A stretch of 64,000 bases of DNA. Source: Raillietiella orientalis (Eukaryota). The translations under genes were made by a program, and so were the position numbers. The notes below the pieces were generated by a model. It was not told where the DNA came from. It saw only the letters and a program-made list of their open reading frames with translations, and ran no database searches. Positions 63,989 to 64,000 of this stretch are shown piece by piece. Within the stretch, counting starts at the first letter, position 1; each line of letters begins with the position of its first letter. The stretch is from positions 4,712,001-4,776,000 of the forward strand of contig JAYWIR010000005.1 of NCBI GenBank assembly GCA_036172245.1, read 5' to 3'.

Positions 63989-64000
63989 CTTTTTTTTTTT

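Noticed and set aside
1..64000. CRISPR arrays, rRNA, tRNA, intact transposase or RT genes
   Set aside because: None seen; the many poly(A)/(T)/(G) runs are simple homopolymers

Overview
Eukaryotic, intron-containing DNA, almost certainly arthropod (inferred from the two gene families and a TCAGTC initiator). Two protein-coding genes can be reconstructed with phase-consistent GT-AG splicing. (1) A complete + strand rhomboid intramembrane serine protease: 7 coding exons, 22664-25519, 300 aa, with the WR, HxxxN, GxSG and catalytic His motifs intact. It lies in a ~15 kb GC/CpG-rich domain and has a plausible Inr+MTE promoter and non-coding first exon at ~21935-22035. (2) The 3' part of a - strand group III (Cht7-like) GH18 chitinase with a C-terminal CBM14 domain: 6 exons, 63988-57593, 5' end beyond the window, with four introns of only 45-68 nt. 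Also present are a 36-nt 5' fragment of U2 snRNA broken right after its branch-point-pairing sequence, a 1.5 kb CpG-depleted patch around it, a ~650 bp AT-rich block bounded by imperfect inverted repeats, TF-motif clusters far upstream of rhomboid, and two sets of orphan exon-like segments (- strand ~32.7-33.2 kb, + strand ~52.1 kb). The long R/P/G/A-rich ORFs in the GC-rich domain are compositional artefacts. No prokaryotic-type system (CRISPR, operon) is present, and I cannot establish a new biological system from sequence alone; the findings are leads.
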